Of a DNA stretch of 64,000 nucleotides, positions 8,395 through 17,642 are shown one piece after another (positions within the stretch are counted from its first letter, which is position 1; each line of letters opens with the position of its first letter). The stretch covers positions 1 through 64,000 of the IMG/VR virus record IMGVR_UViG_3300019854_000029. One strand, written 5' to 3'. The position numbers and the translations under genes are program-made. Source of the DNA: a virus. Under the pieces are notes generated by a model. The model ran no database searches and was not told the origin of the DNA. It saw only the letters and a program-made list of their open reading frames with translations.

Positions 8395-11300
8395 CTAGCG
8401 AGCGTCGTTCAGGCCACGAGCAACCGCACCCATCGCACGCTTACCCCCACCACCAAGCAACTGGCCCACACCAAACAATGCGCTCGCGGTGAACCCAAAC
8501 GCGCTACGCCACGTCTTACCGAGGAACCCGATATCGTTGCGCTTCCACGTGTCAGTCGTCCAGTCCCACGTGCGCTTACGACCACGCGACAGGTAGCGGG
8601 TAGCGGCGTACATGGCTGCTTGCGTGTCGTCATAGCGGCGCATACCGGTCGGGACACCGTGTTCTTCACTCCATGTGGAGCGGTCGAACTCTTCCCCGGC
8701 AATCGTGATGTGTTGGAGAGTGGGGAAAGCAGCGAACATTTGCCCGATGCTCTTACGGCCCTCGAACCCGAGGTCAGGGCACACATACGACATGTAGAAC
8801 TGCCATGAGTCGAACGACATTCGGCGTAGGTTGTGCATCTCGCGAATCATCCGCCAGTTCGCGATAGGAGCGATGTTGCTTGACCGTACTGCTTCACGCA
8901 GGTACTCGGGGATAGCCTCAATATCCCATTCCTCAGCGACCTTAGTCTGGTAGGCGACACCGTTGAGGATAACGAGGCCACCGGCCACGCCCAGACGCTT
9001 CACTCGGCCCCAGTCGCCAACCCACTGGCGCATATCCTGATAGATCGCGTCCTGAACACCATCAGGGGTGAGTTCTTGCGCGTGGATAGTGCGAGGCGTG
9101 CCCTTGTTGAACGAGAACCCGCCGTACTGGTTCGGTGTGACAGGGCTGGTGGAGTAGTCCCATCCGGGAGCGGGTGCCGTCACGTCGTTCATGCGAGCAT
9201 TCACCGGCACGGGAGCGTCATCGGGAATGTCAGGCATGATGGGAGCCGGAGCGCTCACAACCGGCATAGCAGGAGCGACGGCAGGCTTAGGCTCTTCACC
9301 CCACCCGCCGACGGTTTCCACCTTCCCGGCGGGCGCAGTATCAGTCAGTGACGCGAACGCCGAGTCATCCCAAGCGTCCTCTTCTTCCATGCGCAACGGG
9401 TCCGCAGCGTCCTCTTCGGGGAACTCATTGGGATACACGCGGGCAAACAGTTCGCGCTCAGCGTTCACTGGGTTTTCCGAACGGTTAAACGCCGCATAGA
9501 ACTCAGCAGACGAGTACATGTACTTCGGACGCAAGTCCACAAGCCACTCTTGCCACGTCCCCGGATAACCGGCTTCCTTCACGACGAGGTTCGCCGCGTC
9601 GGAAAGTTTCTGTAGGGTTGCAGCGGCCTCAGCGCGAGACACTCCCGCGCGTTCAAGGTAGCCAATGAACCCCAAGGCCGGGTCAAGTCGCCCATCGTCA
9701 AGGGACACGTCCTTACGGACAGAATCAACGTCCACGCCCGCGCGCTTCATGTATTCCACGGAGAACGGCCAGCAGTACCCGTCCTCTTCGGCTTCCGCAT
9801 ACAGGAGACCGGGACGGAACGGGAGAGCAGTTTTAGCTAACTGCTCATCGCCCTTCACGAGAGCGCGCTCAATGTTCGGCCCGTTGAAGTCTTGCACGTA
9901 AGCAAACGCGCGCACCGTCTCAGAGAGCTTGTCATGCATGAACCCGTTCGGGGAACCCTGATTGAGGTACTGGGGGCGTTCCTTGTTGTAGCCGATAAAC
10001 GCATCAGCAGCAGTCAGGGACGAGGCGAACGAGAACACGAAATTGTCCATGTTCCCCAGCTTCACGGTCACGCCCTGAGTACGGTTCAACGGGGGCACGA
10101 ACGTTGAAACAGGAGTAGGAGCAACCTCGTGTTGACCAATGAGGAAGATATCGCTCACAGCCTGCTCGCGGTTCTTATAGTTCGCGTTACCAATCGTCGT
10201 GATCTTGTCCGCGCTCATACGGATACACTCACTGAACATTGAGGCCCACAAGTGAACCTCAGTGATCGCATCCTTGGGTTTCTTCTTCTCATCAAACCCG
10301 GACGCTTCCCACGTGTCGTAGGAGTTCACGTAGTCAGCGGGGCGCGCATATTTAGCGAGCTGCACAAAGAACCGGCTCATCGACAAGCCGACGTTACTGA
10401 TCTCATCGAAAACGAACGACACGCCCTTCTTGCCGCCCAACTGTTCGGCAACGCCCTCACCGTTCGTGCGAGCAAGGAGAATGCCCATAGCGAGAATCAT
10501 GTACCGGATGTAAGCGACCGTACCCAGCAGACCGGGGTAGCTTTCCCCTTGGAACCCGAGGGGCCTCAAGTAGGACGGGACGTGAGCCATGCGGCCTAGT
10601 TTTTCTACCTGATCGGCACCGAAATGCCCAAACAAGTCCGTGCCCTTCTCGCTACCGAAGTCAGGGCCGTTAATGACGAACGCATTCGGGTTGATCTCTA
10701 GCAGGAGGGAAGCCATGTCGGGCTTATTGTCCGCAAGACCGAGGGCCTTACCGGCAATGAGCATTGCCGCAAGGTACGCCTGAGTCATGAGGCCCTTACC
10801 GGAGCGAGAACCAGCTAGAACAACATGCAGGCCGCTCTTAGCGAACGCGGACAGTGCTTTGGACGTGTCAACGATTGTTTCGTCTAGTCCGAGGCCGAAA
10901 ATCGCGACGGTTTCAGCCCGCAGGTTCGCGCCTTGACTCATCTTGGCTTCAAGAATCTTGTAGGCGAAAATCGGGGCGGCGTTAGCGAGAATCGTATCCA
11001 CGTCATAACGGTGTTCCCACATGAGGCTGCTACGAACCGGCGCATACGACCGGCTCTTATTACCCGCAGCCACACCGTAAGCGCGTTCCACGGACTCTTT
11101 AGCGATGTCGTCACCTAGTTCCTCGTGGCGCGTGAGGGAACGCAGTTTGAGCTTGGTGAGGGTTGCGCGACTGTTGACCTCGAATGAGGACACGAGGAAA
11201 CACGTTGTCATCGCATTGTAGATACGTTCCAACGCGCCTGAAACACTATTCTTCACGCTCTTAGACGTGTAATCCTCGCCGTCGCTCGCGGCCCGCAGGA

Positions 11301-12888
11301 GGAGTTTCTTCACGACAGCTTGAAGCATCGTCTCCAAGCTCGGCTTCACCTCTTGTTCGAGGTAGGTTTCCCACTTGGAAGCCGCAGCGAGGCGCGGATA
11401 CGACTCCGGTGACGCGGGGTCAAAACCGCGCCCGAAAGCGTATTCGAGCATCTTGTAGGGGAAGTAGAACTCGGTGTCTTTCGCATACACCTTGCCGTTA
11501 GAGTCTTTCCCGTTTACGACGATCTCAGCGATCTCGTTAATGTCCCTCGTGGGCATGGCTTCCAACTGGGGGACGAGGCCCTTGATGACCTTCCATGTTT
11601 CCATCGTCACCGAGTCCGGTAGGCGCATGAACGCGCGGTCATCGTCGTTGATCGCCAGCACGCGGCCCTTAGAGTCCTTCCCGTCCGCGCCCGTGTTTTC
11701 GGGGGCGAGAATACCGAAAGGCTTAATGACCTCGTAGCCGGAGGAGAAGATTCGCGTGTATTCTTCCGCGATCATTTCAACGTGGGAGAAAATCATGCCG
11801 TTAAAGAATGACAAGGCTTCATCGGGAACAGTCTTGTCAGGCTCACGTTCCCCGTTGAGAGCGTCAATCACTTCTTGAATCGTGATGCTCTTAGAAACCG
11901 TGTCGAACCCGAGTTTTTCACGTTGCTCTTTCGGCAGGGCATGGAGATACAACGCGGCAGACAGGGCTTCGTTTTCACAGTCACACATCACGCCGTGGAA
12001 CTGTTCTTTCGTGAGCTGCCCGAGAACACTGCTGCTTGCAACGACAGGGAACCATTCGGGCTGAGCGTCAAGGGGGGAGAGGTCCCACGTGAGCGCGGCA
12101 ATAGCGTCAAGGTACACGCCGCCACGCTGGGCAGCGGCCTTCAACAGTCGCAACAGGCTCATGCGCAGTGGGGAAGCCTCAAACTCAGCAAGACGCGCAG
12201 CCAACCCGTCATCTTCGGGCGCACGGAACGCATCGACCGTCTCAACGGCTCCCTCTTCTTCGGGCATACGCGGGCGCGTACACAACCCCGACAGGAACGT
12301 CTCTAGCGTCCCGCCGATCATGTCCGCAGAATACGTTTGAGGTGAGAGCTGGAAACTGTTCATCACCATGTCATAGGGCTTCACTTGCACGTACTGGCCC
12401 ATTTGAGACAAGTCAACAGCGAACTGCAAGGGGACAGGCGCATCCAACAGGAGCGGGCGAGCATCCACGCCACCGCCTTGAGCTTCCGCATAAGCCTCAC
12501 GCTCACGGCGCAACGCGCCCGCAAGCAGTTCAATCCCCATCATGCTCTCATCGGGAATACGGTAAATCGCGCCAATACGAGTGCCCTCAGTGAAAAACCG
12601 CGACAAATCCACGCCCTCAAACATGCTTTCCGGCGCGACAATCACTTCCAACGCGCCGAACTGCTTATACGACAACGCGCGCAGCGGAGAACGACGCGAA
12701 TCAGCATTCTTCGGGTTAGCAGGAGTCAACGCACCCTTATTCGCCCCATGCTTTTCTACATACACGCCGTCATGGGAAATAATCAGGCTCTTCACCGTGT
12801 TCGGAGTCCACGAACCGTAATCCGTGCCCTCACCGTCAGTGACCCAATGACCACCCAACGCCTTCAACACGTCATCAAACGACACCAT
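8395..12888 (-). CDS. giant (~1497 aa) protein with central P-loop NTPase-like motifs, possibly TraG/VirD4-type
   Basis: A single uninterrupted ORF. The track start is TTG 12930; I prefer ATG 12888 (MVSFDD). Motifs are VVLAGSRSGKGLMT (Walker-A-like, GKG as I recall in TraG/VirD4 coupling proteins) and VSFVFDEIS (Walker-B-like). There is a Pro/Ala-rich linker near residue 1230. Confidence 0.8.
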   Translation of the reverse strand: MVSFDDVLKALGGHWVTDGEGTDYGSWTPNTVKSLIISHDGVYVEKHGANKGALTPANPKNADSRRSPLRALSYKQFGALEVIVAPESMFEGVDLSRFFTEGTRIGAIYRIPDESMMGIELLAGALRREREAYAEAQGGGVDARPLLLDAPVPLQFAVDLSQMGQYVQVKPYDMVMNSFQLSPQTYSADMIGGTLETFLSGLCTRPRMPEEEGAVETVDAFRAPEDDGLAARLAEFEASPLRMSLLRLLKAAAQRGGVYLDAIAALTWDLSPLDAQPEWFPVVASSSVLGQLTKEQFHGVMCDCENEALSAALYLHALPKEQREKLGFDTVSKSITIQEVIDALNGEREPDKTVPDEALSFFNGMIFSHVEMIAEEYTRIFSSGYEVIKPFGILAPENTGADGKDSKGRVLAINDDDRAFMRLPDSVTMETWKVIKGLVPQLEAMPTRDINEIAEIVVNGKDSNGKVYAKDTEFYFPYKMLEYAFGRGFDPASPESYPRLAAASKWETYLEQEVKPSLETMLQAVVKKLLLRAASDGEDYTSKSVKNSVSGALERIYNAMTTCFLVSSFEVNSRATLTKLKLRSLTRHEELGDDIAKESVERAYGVAAGNKSRSYAPVRSSLMWEHRYDVDTILANAAPIFAYKILEAKMSQGANLRAETVAIFGLGLDETIVDTSKALSAFAKSGLHVVLAGSRSGKGLMTQAYLAAMLIAGKALGLADNKPDMASLLLEINPNAFVINGPDFGSEKGTDLFGHFGADQVEKLGRMAHVPSYLRPLGFQGESYPGLLGTVAYIRYMILAMGILLARTNGEGVAEQLGGKKGVSFVFDEISNVGLSMSRFFVQLAKYARPADYVNSYDTWEASGFDEKKKPKDAITEVHLWASMFSECIRMSADKITTIGNANYKNREQAVSDIFLIGQHEVAPTPVSTFVPPLNRTQGVTVKLGNMDNFVFSFASSLTAADAFIGYNKERPQYLNQGSPNGFMHDKLSETVRAFAYVQDFNGPNIERALVKGDEQLAKTALPFRPGLLYAEAEEDGYCWPFSVEYMKRAGVDVDSVRKDVSLDDGRLDPALGFIGYLERAGVSRAEAAATLQKLSDAANLVVKEAGYPGTWQEWLVDLRPKYMYSSAEFYAAFNRSENPVNAERELFARVYPNEFPEEDAADPLRMEEEDAWDDSAFASLTDTAPAGKVETVGGWGEEPKPAVAPAMPVVSAPAPIMPDIPDDAPVPVNARMNDVTAPAPGWDYSTSPVTPNQYGGFSFNKGTPRTIHAQELTPDGVQDAIYQDMRQWVGDWGRVKRLGVAGGLVILNGVAYQTKVAEEWDIEAIPEYLREAVRSSNIAPIANWRMIREMHNLRRMSFDSWQFYMSYVCPDLGFEGRKSIGQMFAAFPTLQHITIAGEEFDRSTWSEEHGVPTGMRRYDDTQAAMYAATRYLSRGRKRTWDWTTDTWKRNDIGFLGKTWRSAFGFTASALFGVGQLLGGGGKRAMGAVARGLNDAR

Positions 12889-13362
12889 GCTTAGTGTCAC
12901 CTCTCTACTCAAGCCCCACACTAGGGGCAAAGAAAGTTGCTAACCTACAACACTCGAAAACATGGGGGAGAGGGCATAAAAAAGCGTGAACCGCACGGCC
13001 CATCGAGGCTAAGACCGCGCGGCTCACGCCGTGTATTTATCACTGTGAAAAAACTGGAAGCAACACAACCGCCAGCACTCACATAACTAAGCCTACAGCC
13101 ACCACCATGTTCTGTCAGGAACACGCCTATAAAGCACGAGGCCCGCGCGGCCCACCAGAAGTGGAGGGGGCACCGCGCGAGCCTTAAAACGACACAAACA
13201 CAAGGAAAATGAGGAAACCCCGTGCCCATGTCGCCATGCGATCTCAATACAGAGGACACGAAACACGATCATCGCCACCGCGTTTCTTGTTCTCACACGT
13301 AAGCATACAAGCAACACGCCGTAACGCAAATCACTTTACTGAGTAAAGACTGTAAATAGGCG

Positions 13363-13449
13363 AAAAAAATCAGGCCCGCAACAGTAGCGACCCAAAAAGC
13401 CAACTGTCACGGACCTGAAAGCTGCTAGGATTAGCAGCACCAAGAAACT
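13363..13449 (-). ncRNA. candidate small RNA (~87 nt): 7-bp hairpin + 15-bp terminator hairpin + U7
   Basis: On the minus strand, GCUGCUA-AUCC-UAGCAGC occupies 13438->13421. A 15-bp helix follows (13417-13403 / 13385-13371) with three G.U pairs that would be A.C mismatches on the plus strand. U7 (13369-13363) comes next. The 5' end is inferred from the promoter at 13456-13484. Confidence 0.4.
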
Positions 13450-13455
13450 AGAGCC

Positions 13456-13484
13456 AATATAGCACATTCCCTTAACAGTGCGAA
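13456..13484 (-). promoter_or_regulatory. sigma-70-type promoter for the candidate sRNA
   Basis: Minus strand: -35 TTCGCA (13484-13479), 17-nt spacer, extended -10 TGcTATATT (-10 hexamer at 13461-13456). Confidence 0.35.
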
Positions 13485-13820
13485 GCCTTTGGAAGCCTGC
13501 GAAAGCTGGTTGTCTACTGGGGGGCCAGGAGTACAGGAATCTCACGACCTCCCCACCGACTGACACTCGGTGCGTCCCCGGTTGTGCGGGATTTTTTAAC
13601 GATCTGCAAAACAGCGAGCCTATCCCCGTATGGTGATGTGCGGGGGCGAAGGGGTGCCACGGCTCGATTCAACCGCTCACACAGATACAAAGCGGTTGGG
13701 TGTGTCTAACAAACCAGTGAGATTACCGGAGTTTGCAGAATATGCCGCCACCGGTTGGGAGTAATGCCCCGGCCCCTACGACGACGCTATACGTGACGAG
13801 AAAAGTTTGGGTTGATTCGT

Positions 13821-13891
13821 AGTGCCTCTAAGAGTCTTAGCTTTACAGCGAGTTTTAACCGCTGTTTTTAGCTGAGATGATTAGAGGCACT
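13821..13891 (+). ncRNA. 71-nt rod-like three-helix hairpin (structured RNA or ssDNA element)
   Basis: Helix 1 is 11 bp (13821-13831 / 13881-13891). Helix 2 is 7 bp (13836-13842 / 13870-13876) with one U.G pair that is valid only on the plus strand. Helix 3 is 6 bp (13845-13850 / 13860-13865) with a 9-nt loop. Confidence 0.35.
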
Positions 13892-13992
13892 TCTCTGCCC
13901 ACTGCCGCTCAAAGAAAAGAGATGAGTAACGCTGTAGAACAGTGAGCAGTTAACTACAGTTCACGTGTTCTTAAGTTTCTATTAAGAGTTCC

Positions 13993-14083
13993 CGCTTCCG
14001 CTGTTGGTTGCTTCCCGCTCATGGCTGCACAAACGTTCAACTCCGCGCTCAAAGTTCCAAAGCGTGAGTGCAGCGTGGAAGCG
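13993..14083 (+). other. second nested-helix structured element
   Basis: Three nested helices: CGCTTCC (13993-13999) / GGAAGCG (14077-14083), GCTGCAC (14024-14030) / GTGCAGC (14068-14074), and CGCGCT (14044-14049) / AGCGTG (14061-14066). The last has a G.U valid only on the plus strand. A 12-bp bulged hairpin follows at 14140-14174. Confidence 0.3.
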
Positions 14084-14207
14084 TAAAGAAGCGAAACGAT
14101 AACGCAGTAACTCAGCCACAGTAGAGGGAAGAGAGAAAAGCACAAGCAAAGCCACCCGGAGGGGCTTTTTGTGCCTAAAACGCTTTAACTTGAGGCGTTT
14201 AACAGTC

Positions 14208-15170
14208 ATGTACGGGACTTTATTTGTCTATGTGGGACCTATGGGCGCGGGTAAGACGCAGGATGCGGCTTCATGTTTTCTGGATTCCAGTGTTGTCTCA
14301 CTGAGTGCTATTCACCGTGAAGCGTATGGCTCCCCGGTGGTTGATCGCCAGTATAAAGACGCAGTGACGCGGCGCGCGTTTAAGAAACTATTCGCATTGT
14401 TAGAGCGCGGTTTGGACGCGGTTTTCATAGCGCCTAACTGTTCTCGCATGTCTCGCGCGCACTTATATCGGGAGGTGAAAGCACGGTTCCCGGGCGTGCG
14501 GGTGGTTGTCGTGTTGGTGCATGTACCGCTCGCAGAGGCTATCAAGCGTTCTAACAATGTGAGCGCGTCCCATGTTCGAGACGAGTATCTAGGGCTGCAA
14601 ATCCCGCGCGTAGGCGTGGACTGCGACACGTTCACGCTGCAAACACCCGACTTCTCGGCCTACCTGCCGGAAATCAACCACTCGTACCTCGCGCCTCATA
14701 ACAGCCCGTATCACGTGGAGTCCATTGCTGAGCATGTTGCCCTCACGGTACATAACGCGCATAAAGACACCACCCGGCCCGCATTAGTGGATATCGCAGC
14801 GTTCCACGACCTCGGTAAGAGCGTCGCACGCACAGCACAAGACCTATCCAGACCATCATCGGCGTATATCGCATCCATTTACGGCAGTCACGACCAGTAC
14901 GCAGGCCATGAGAACGTGAGCGCCGTCTACTGGATGATCGCCCACAAGGACTGTCTTGACGCGCACGCCTTGTTCGTTGCGGAAGCAATCTTCCACCATA
15001 TGCAAGCCCATCGTGGTTTTACCGACAAGTACATCAACCGCCACCACCTCACCGGCGATCTGTTGGAAACCGCACGCGCTTTCGCGCAAATCGACAGTAG
15101 CTCGAAAATCGTAGACAAAGACATCTTGGACACGTACATGAGGCTGCGGGCAGCGGAAAAACAAGGCTAA
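14208..15170 (+). CDS. P-loop kinase (polynucleotide-kinase/AAA_33-like) fused to an HD phosphohydrolase domain (K1)
   Basis: The track start is TTG 14169; ATG 14208 gives MYGTLFVYVGPMGAGKT (Walker A). The C-terminal half carries NSPYHVESIAEH ... AAFHDLGKS ... HHMQAH, which are HD-domain metal ligands. It is a paralog of 22838-23821. Confidence 0.8.
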   Translation: MYGTLFVYVGPMGAGKTQDAASCFLDSSVVSLSAIHREAYGSPVVDRQYKDAVTRRAFKKLFALLERGLDAVFIAPNCSRMSRAHLYREVKARFPGVRVVVVLVHVPLAEAIKRSNNVSASHVRDEYLGLQIPRVGVDCDTFTLQTPDFSAYLPEINHSYLAPHNSPYHVESIAEHVALTVHNAHKDTTRPALVDIAAFHDLGKSVARTAQDLSRPSSAYIASIYGSHDQYAGHENVSAVYWMIAHKDCLDAHALFVAEAIFHHMQAHRGFTDKYINRHHLTGDLLETARAFAQIDSSSKIVDKDILDTYMRLRAAEKQG

Positions 15171-15245
15171 TAAACCCTGTCTAGCCGTCTCAACAGAGGT
15201 TACACGTTAAGAGCTTCCAAACTATCCGCAATAGGAGAAACCGTT

Positions 15246-16013
15246 ATGAACGATCAGAAGCCTTATCCTCTGCCGCTTTGCCCCGACGTTCAAGCAGTAG
15301 CCAACTGGTCAAGTAACGAACTAACAGGGACTTTGACGTTCTCAGACCCCGCATTCAAGCCCGTCCACTTCATCACCAAACCTATTGACCGTCATGGGCT
15401 TATCCGTGAAGTGACTTACCTGACGCACGATGACATGGTTATCGGAACAAGGTTTGTTTCTCGCTTTTACCTGGCTAACCCATTGACTGCGCGAGATTTA
15501 CTTCAAGGTCTTGAAATTAAGTCCCCGACATCTGTTCGTTGCTGCCCCAAGAAAAGTTGCGACGACGACAACTATAAAAAGGGCTTCTTTTTCAAGGTCC
15601 GTAAAGCTATCGGCGTACACAAACCACACTATCCTGATACAGAAATCGAAAAGGATACCTACCGCCAGATTGCCGAACAGTGTTTCAACCTGTTTCACGC
15701 ACTAAAAGGCGGGTTTATCACGCCAGAAGAAGCGGGCAACTGCAAGTGGCTCATCGACGTAAAAATGCTCTCATTCACAGCGGAATTTAACGGTATTTTC
15801 TCCAATATCGACAAGAAGAACCTCCCGCCACACGTGCGACTTGTCGCGTACTACGACATTCTCGACACGCCCGCTTTGTACGACGAGTGCTCATTCGCGA
15901 GAAGCGTGTTCCTGTGGGCCGCACAAGGCTACACGCAAGAAATGATCGCGTTCTTCATGGGAGTCAGCGCCAGCAAAATCTCCCGCATCCTCAACCAGCC
16001 ACTCGACGAGTAG
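15246..16013 (+). CDS. HTH superfamily, E-type, N-terminal part of a split gene (E0-N)
   Basis: 255 aa; aligns with residues 1-~250 of E1-E3 (LTGTLTFSDPAFKPVHF versus RGTLVFSDSRYKPISV). It ends with the HTH WAAQGYTQEMIAFFMGVSASKISRIL. Confidence 0.8.
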   Translation: MNDQKPYPLPLCPDVQAVANWSSNELTGTLTFSDPAFKPVHFITKPIDRHGLIREVTYLTHDDMVIGTRFVSRFYLANPLTARDLLQGLEIKSPTSVRCCPKKSCDDDNYKKGFFFKVRKAIGVHKPHYPDTEIEKDTYRQIAEQCFNLFHALKGGFITPEEAGNCKWLIDVKMLSFTAEFNGIFSNIDKKNLPPHVRLVAYYDILDTPALYDECSFARSVFLWAAQGYTQEMIAFFMGVSASKISRILNQPLDE

Positions 16014-16024
16014 GAAACACGCTC

Positions 16025-16363
16025 ATGACAGCCTCAAAAGAATCCACGCTTTTCCCCGTTGGAACAATCTTCGTTGATCGCGGTAATTACCGGACAGGGG
16101 ACAGCGTTGTCTTGTTCTACCAAGTGGTGCGCTGCACGGAGCGAACCGTGTGGTACGCGCAGATCACCTCGCACGTAGTCGCCTACGACTCGGCAACACT
16201 GAGGAAAGACCTTGTTCCGATTGCGGACACCTACAACCCGCGCGTAAAGCCCCACATGGCACGCATCCTCCGAGAGAAAAGATTCCACTGCGTGAAGTCA
16301 CCAACCGGAGACATAATGCTCCCGTGGGACGGACATCCCGTCAGCCAATACTACGGATACTGA
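16025..16363 (+). CDS. stand-alone copy of the E-family C-terminal domain (E0-C)
   Basis: The ATG at 16025 lies within track ORF 15887-16363, with AGGAA 8 nt upstream. STLFPVGTIFV...FYQVVRCTERTVWYAQ matches SKLYP[IT]GTI..T...[FY]WQV[IV]R[CS]T[EK][RK]TLW[VM]Q at the C-termini of E1-E3. Confidence 0.75.
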   Translation: MTASKESTLFPVGTIFVDRGNYRTGDSVVLFYQVVRCTERTVWYAQITSHVVAYDSATLRKDLVPIADTYNPRVKPHMARILREKRFHCVKSPTGDIMLPWDGHPVSQYYGY

Positions 16364-16369
16364 CACGCA

Positions 16370-16414
16370 AAAAGCAGTGGCCCACCAAGGAAACCAAGGT
16401 GGGCCACTGCTTTT
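16370..16414. terminator. bidirectional terminator between convergent genes
   Basis: 17-bp perfect stem AAAAGCAGTGGCCCACC / GGTGGGCCACTGCTTTT with an 11-nt loop. A/T runs flank it on both sides. Confidence 0.85.
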
Positions 16415-16418
16415 ACCG

Positions 16419-17642
16419 TTAGGACTCAAAACTCCTTAGCGCGCTTCGTCCCTCTCGGGCGAGAAGCCACGCGATAGCCGCAACCTTCCGGTAGCGCCCG
16501 TCATAGTCATCATGGGCCGCGCCAAGAGAAAGGTTCTTATCCGACAAGTGCGACTCCTTGAACAAGGAAACAAAGGCGTATTCCTCATCGTTACGGGGAT
16601 ACCGGTTAGCTATCGACCTAATCGAATCATCCGCAAGAATCATGCCCTGATAGCCGGGGATACTGCCTCCGGCTACAAGACGCACAGCAACCTTCTCAAA
16701 CGCCTTCCACGGGGCAACAATGCCCGTCCGAGAGTGTTCCGCGCAGGCAGCGTCATACATCATTTCCGCGATCTCCCCGGACGTAACCGGATCGCCCTCA
16801 ATGAGGTCGAACTCTGAGCGAGTGTCATCATACGCGAACCACGAGTTAAGAACACGCCCGTTTTCACGCGAAGTCGCCGCATCCACCTCATCGGAACGAC
16901 AGAACCCAGCGGACGAGAACGCAGGCAAAGAACCTTCTTTACGCGACTGCGCTTCCACGAACCTACGGGCCTTCATGAACTCACGCAGGAAAGCCTCAGT
17001 GGGGTCGTGGACATCTTGCGACAAAACAAAAGACGAACTCGCCGCCATCTTGTATGCCCACCACGCGGTATGCACGGCAGTGCGCACTACCGCAGTGTCC
17101 CGAGAGTCACTAGGCGGCGCTTCAGGAATGCTGATACTCCCCGCATATGCACTATCTTGCTTATGCGTTGCGTACACCTGCGGTTCGCGCACATCAGCGC
17201 TCCCATACAACGACAATGAGAAACCATTCTCCACGCCAAGCGTTTCCCGAATCCTACGGATAGTGCGACGGCACCGCATCGCAATACGGTTCACATCTTC
17301 CTCAGTCAACCCCCACATGATTGTGCAGTTCAACAAAACCGCCGCATAGTACGTCATGGCCGTCGCGTTAGCAGGCTTGAACTGTTCGGGGAAAGTGAGA
17401 GAAATATCGGGCTCAATCGCCGCGAGGTCTCCCTCTATCTTCCACTTCAGCTTGTTCATGCTTGTCGCAGCCTGAACCGAGTACGTTTGCCGTCTAGGAC
17501 TACTAGAAACCTCTAGAACCCCCACAAAACGCGGCTTCTCCCAGTCCGGCTCCTTGTAGAACACATTCCAAAAACGCCGATCACCATAAGGGCGCGGCCT
17601 AGACACAGGCTTCAACGTGAGCCTTTCAGGTAATAACAGCAT
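16419..17642 (-). CDS. family B paralog, long form (B6)
   Basis: 407 aa. The N-terminus MLLLPERLTLKP and the central IAMRCRRTIRRI...LSLYG align with the ~210-236-aa B family. It has an extra ~190-aa C-terminal extension. Confidence 0.8.
   Translation of the reverse strand: MLLLPERLTLKPVSRPRPYGDRRFWNVFYKEPDWEKPRFVGVLEVSSSPRRQTYSVQAATSMNKLKWKIEGDLAAIEPDISLTFPEQFKPANATAMTYYAAVLLNCTIMWGLTEEDVNRIAMRCRRTIRRIRETLGVENGFSLSLYGSADVREPQVYATHKQDSAYAGSISIPEAPPSDSRDTAVVRTAVHTAWWAYKMAASSSFVLSQDVHDPTEAFLREFMKARRFVEAQSRKEGSLPAFSSAGFCRSDEVDAATSRENGRVLNSWFAYDDTRSEFDLIEGDPVTSGEIAEMMYDAACAEHSRTGIVAPWKAFEKVAVRLVAGGSIPGYQGMILADDSIRSIANRYPRNDEEYAFVSLFKESHLSDKNLSLGAAHDDYDGRYRKVAAIAWLLAREGRSALRSFES

Noticed and set aside
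12945-13566. Three minus-strand ORFs (104, 78, 76 aa) in the 12.9-13.6-kb gap
   Set aside because: Their products are Cys/Arg/Phe-rich with no SD and mutually overlapping frames. The region is better explained by strand-specific RNA helices, a promoter and terminators.
13655-13680. GGCTCGATTCAACC as a tRNA-like T-loop
   Set aside because: There is no complementary 5-bp T stem and no acceptor or D-arm context.
13631-13780. 49-codon plus-strand ORF (MVMCGGEGVPRL...)
   Set aside because: It has no SD, and it spans hairpins (CCCCG/CGGGG, AACCGCT/AGCGGTT) inside a long-range TCTGCAAA/TTTGCAGA helix. It is probably non-coding.
13954-14209. Minus-strand ORFs of 63 and 75 aa
   Set aside because: They overlap the nested-helix region. 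There is no ribosome-binding site, and the wobble pairs favour a plus-strand RNA.
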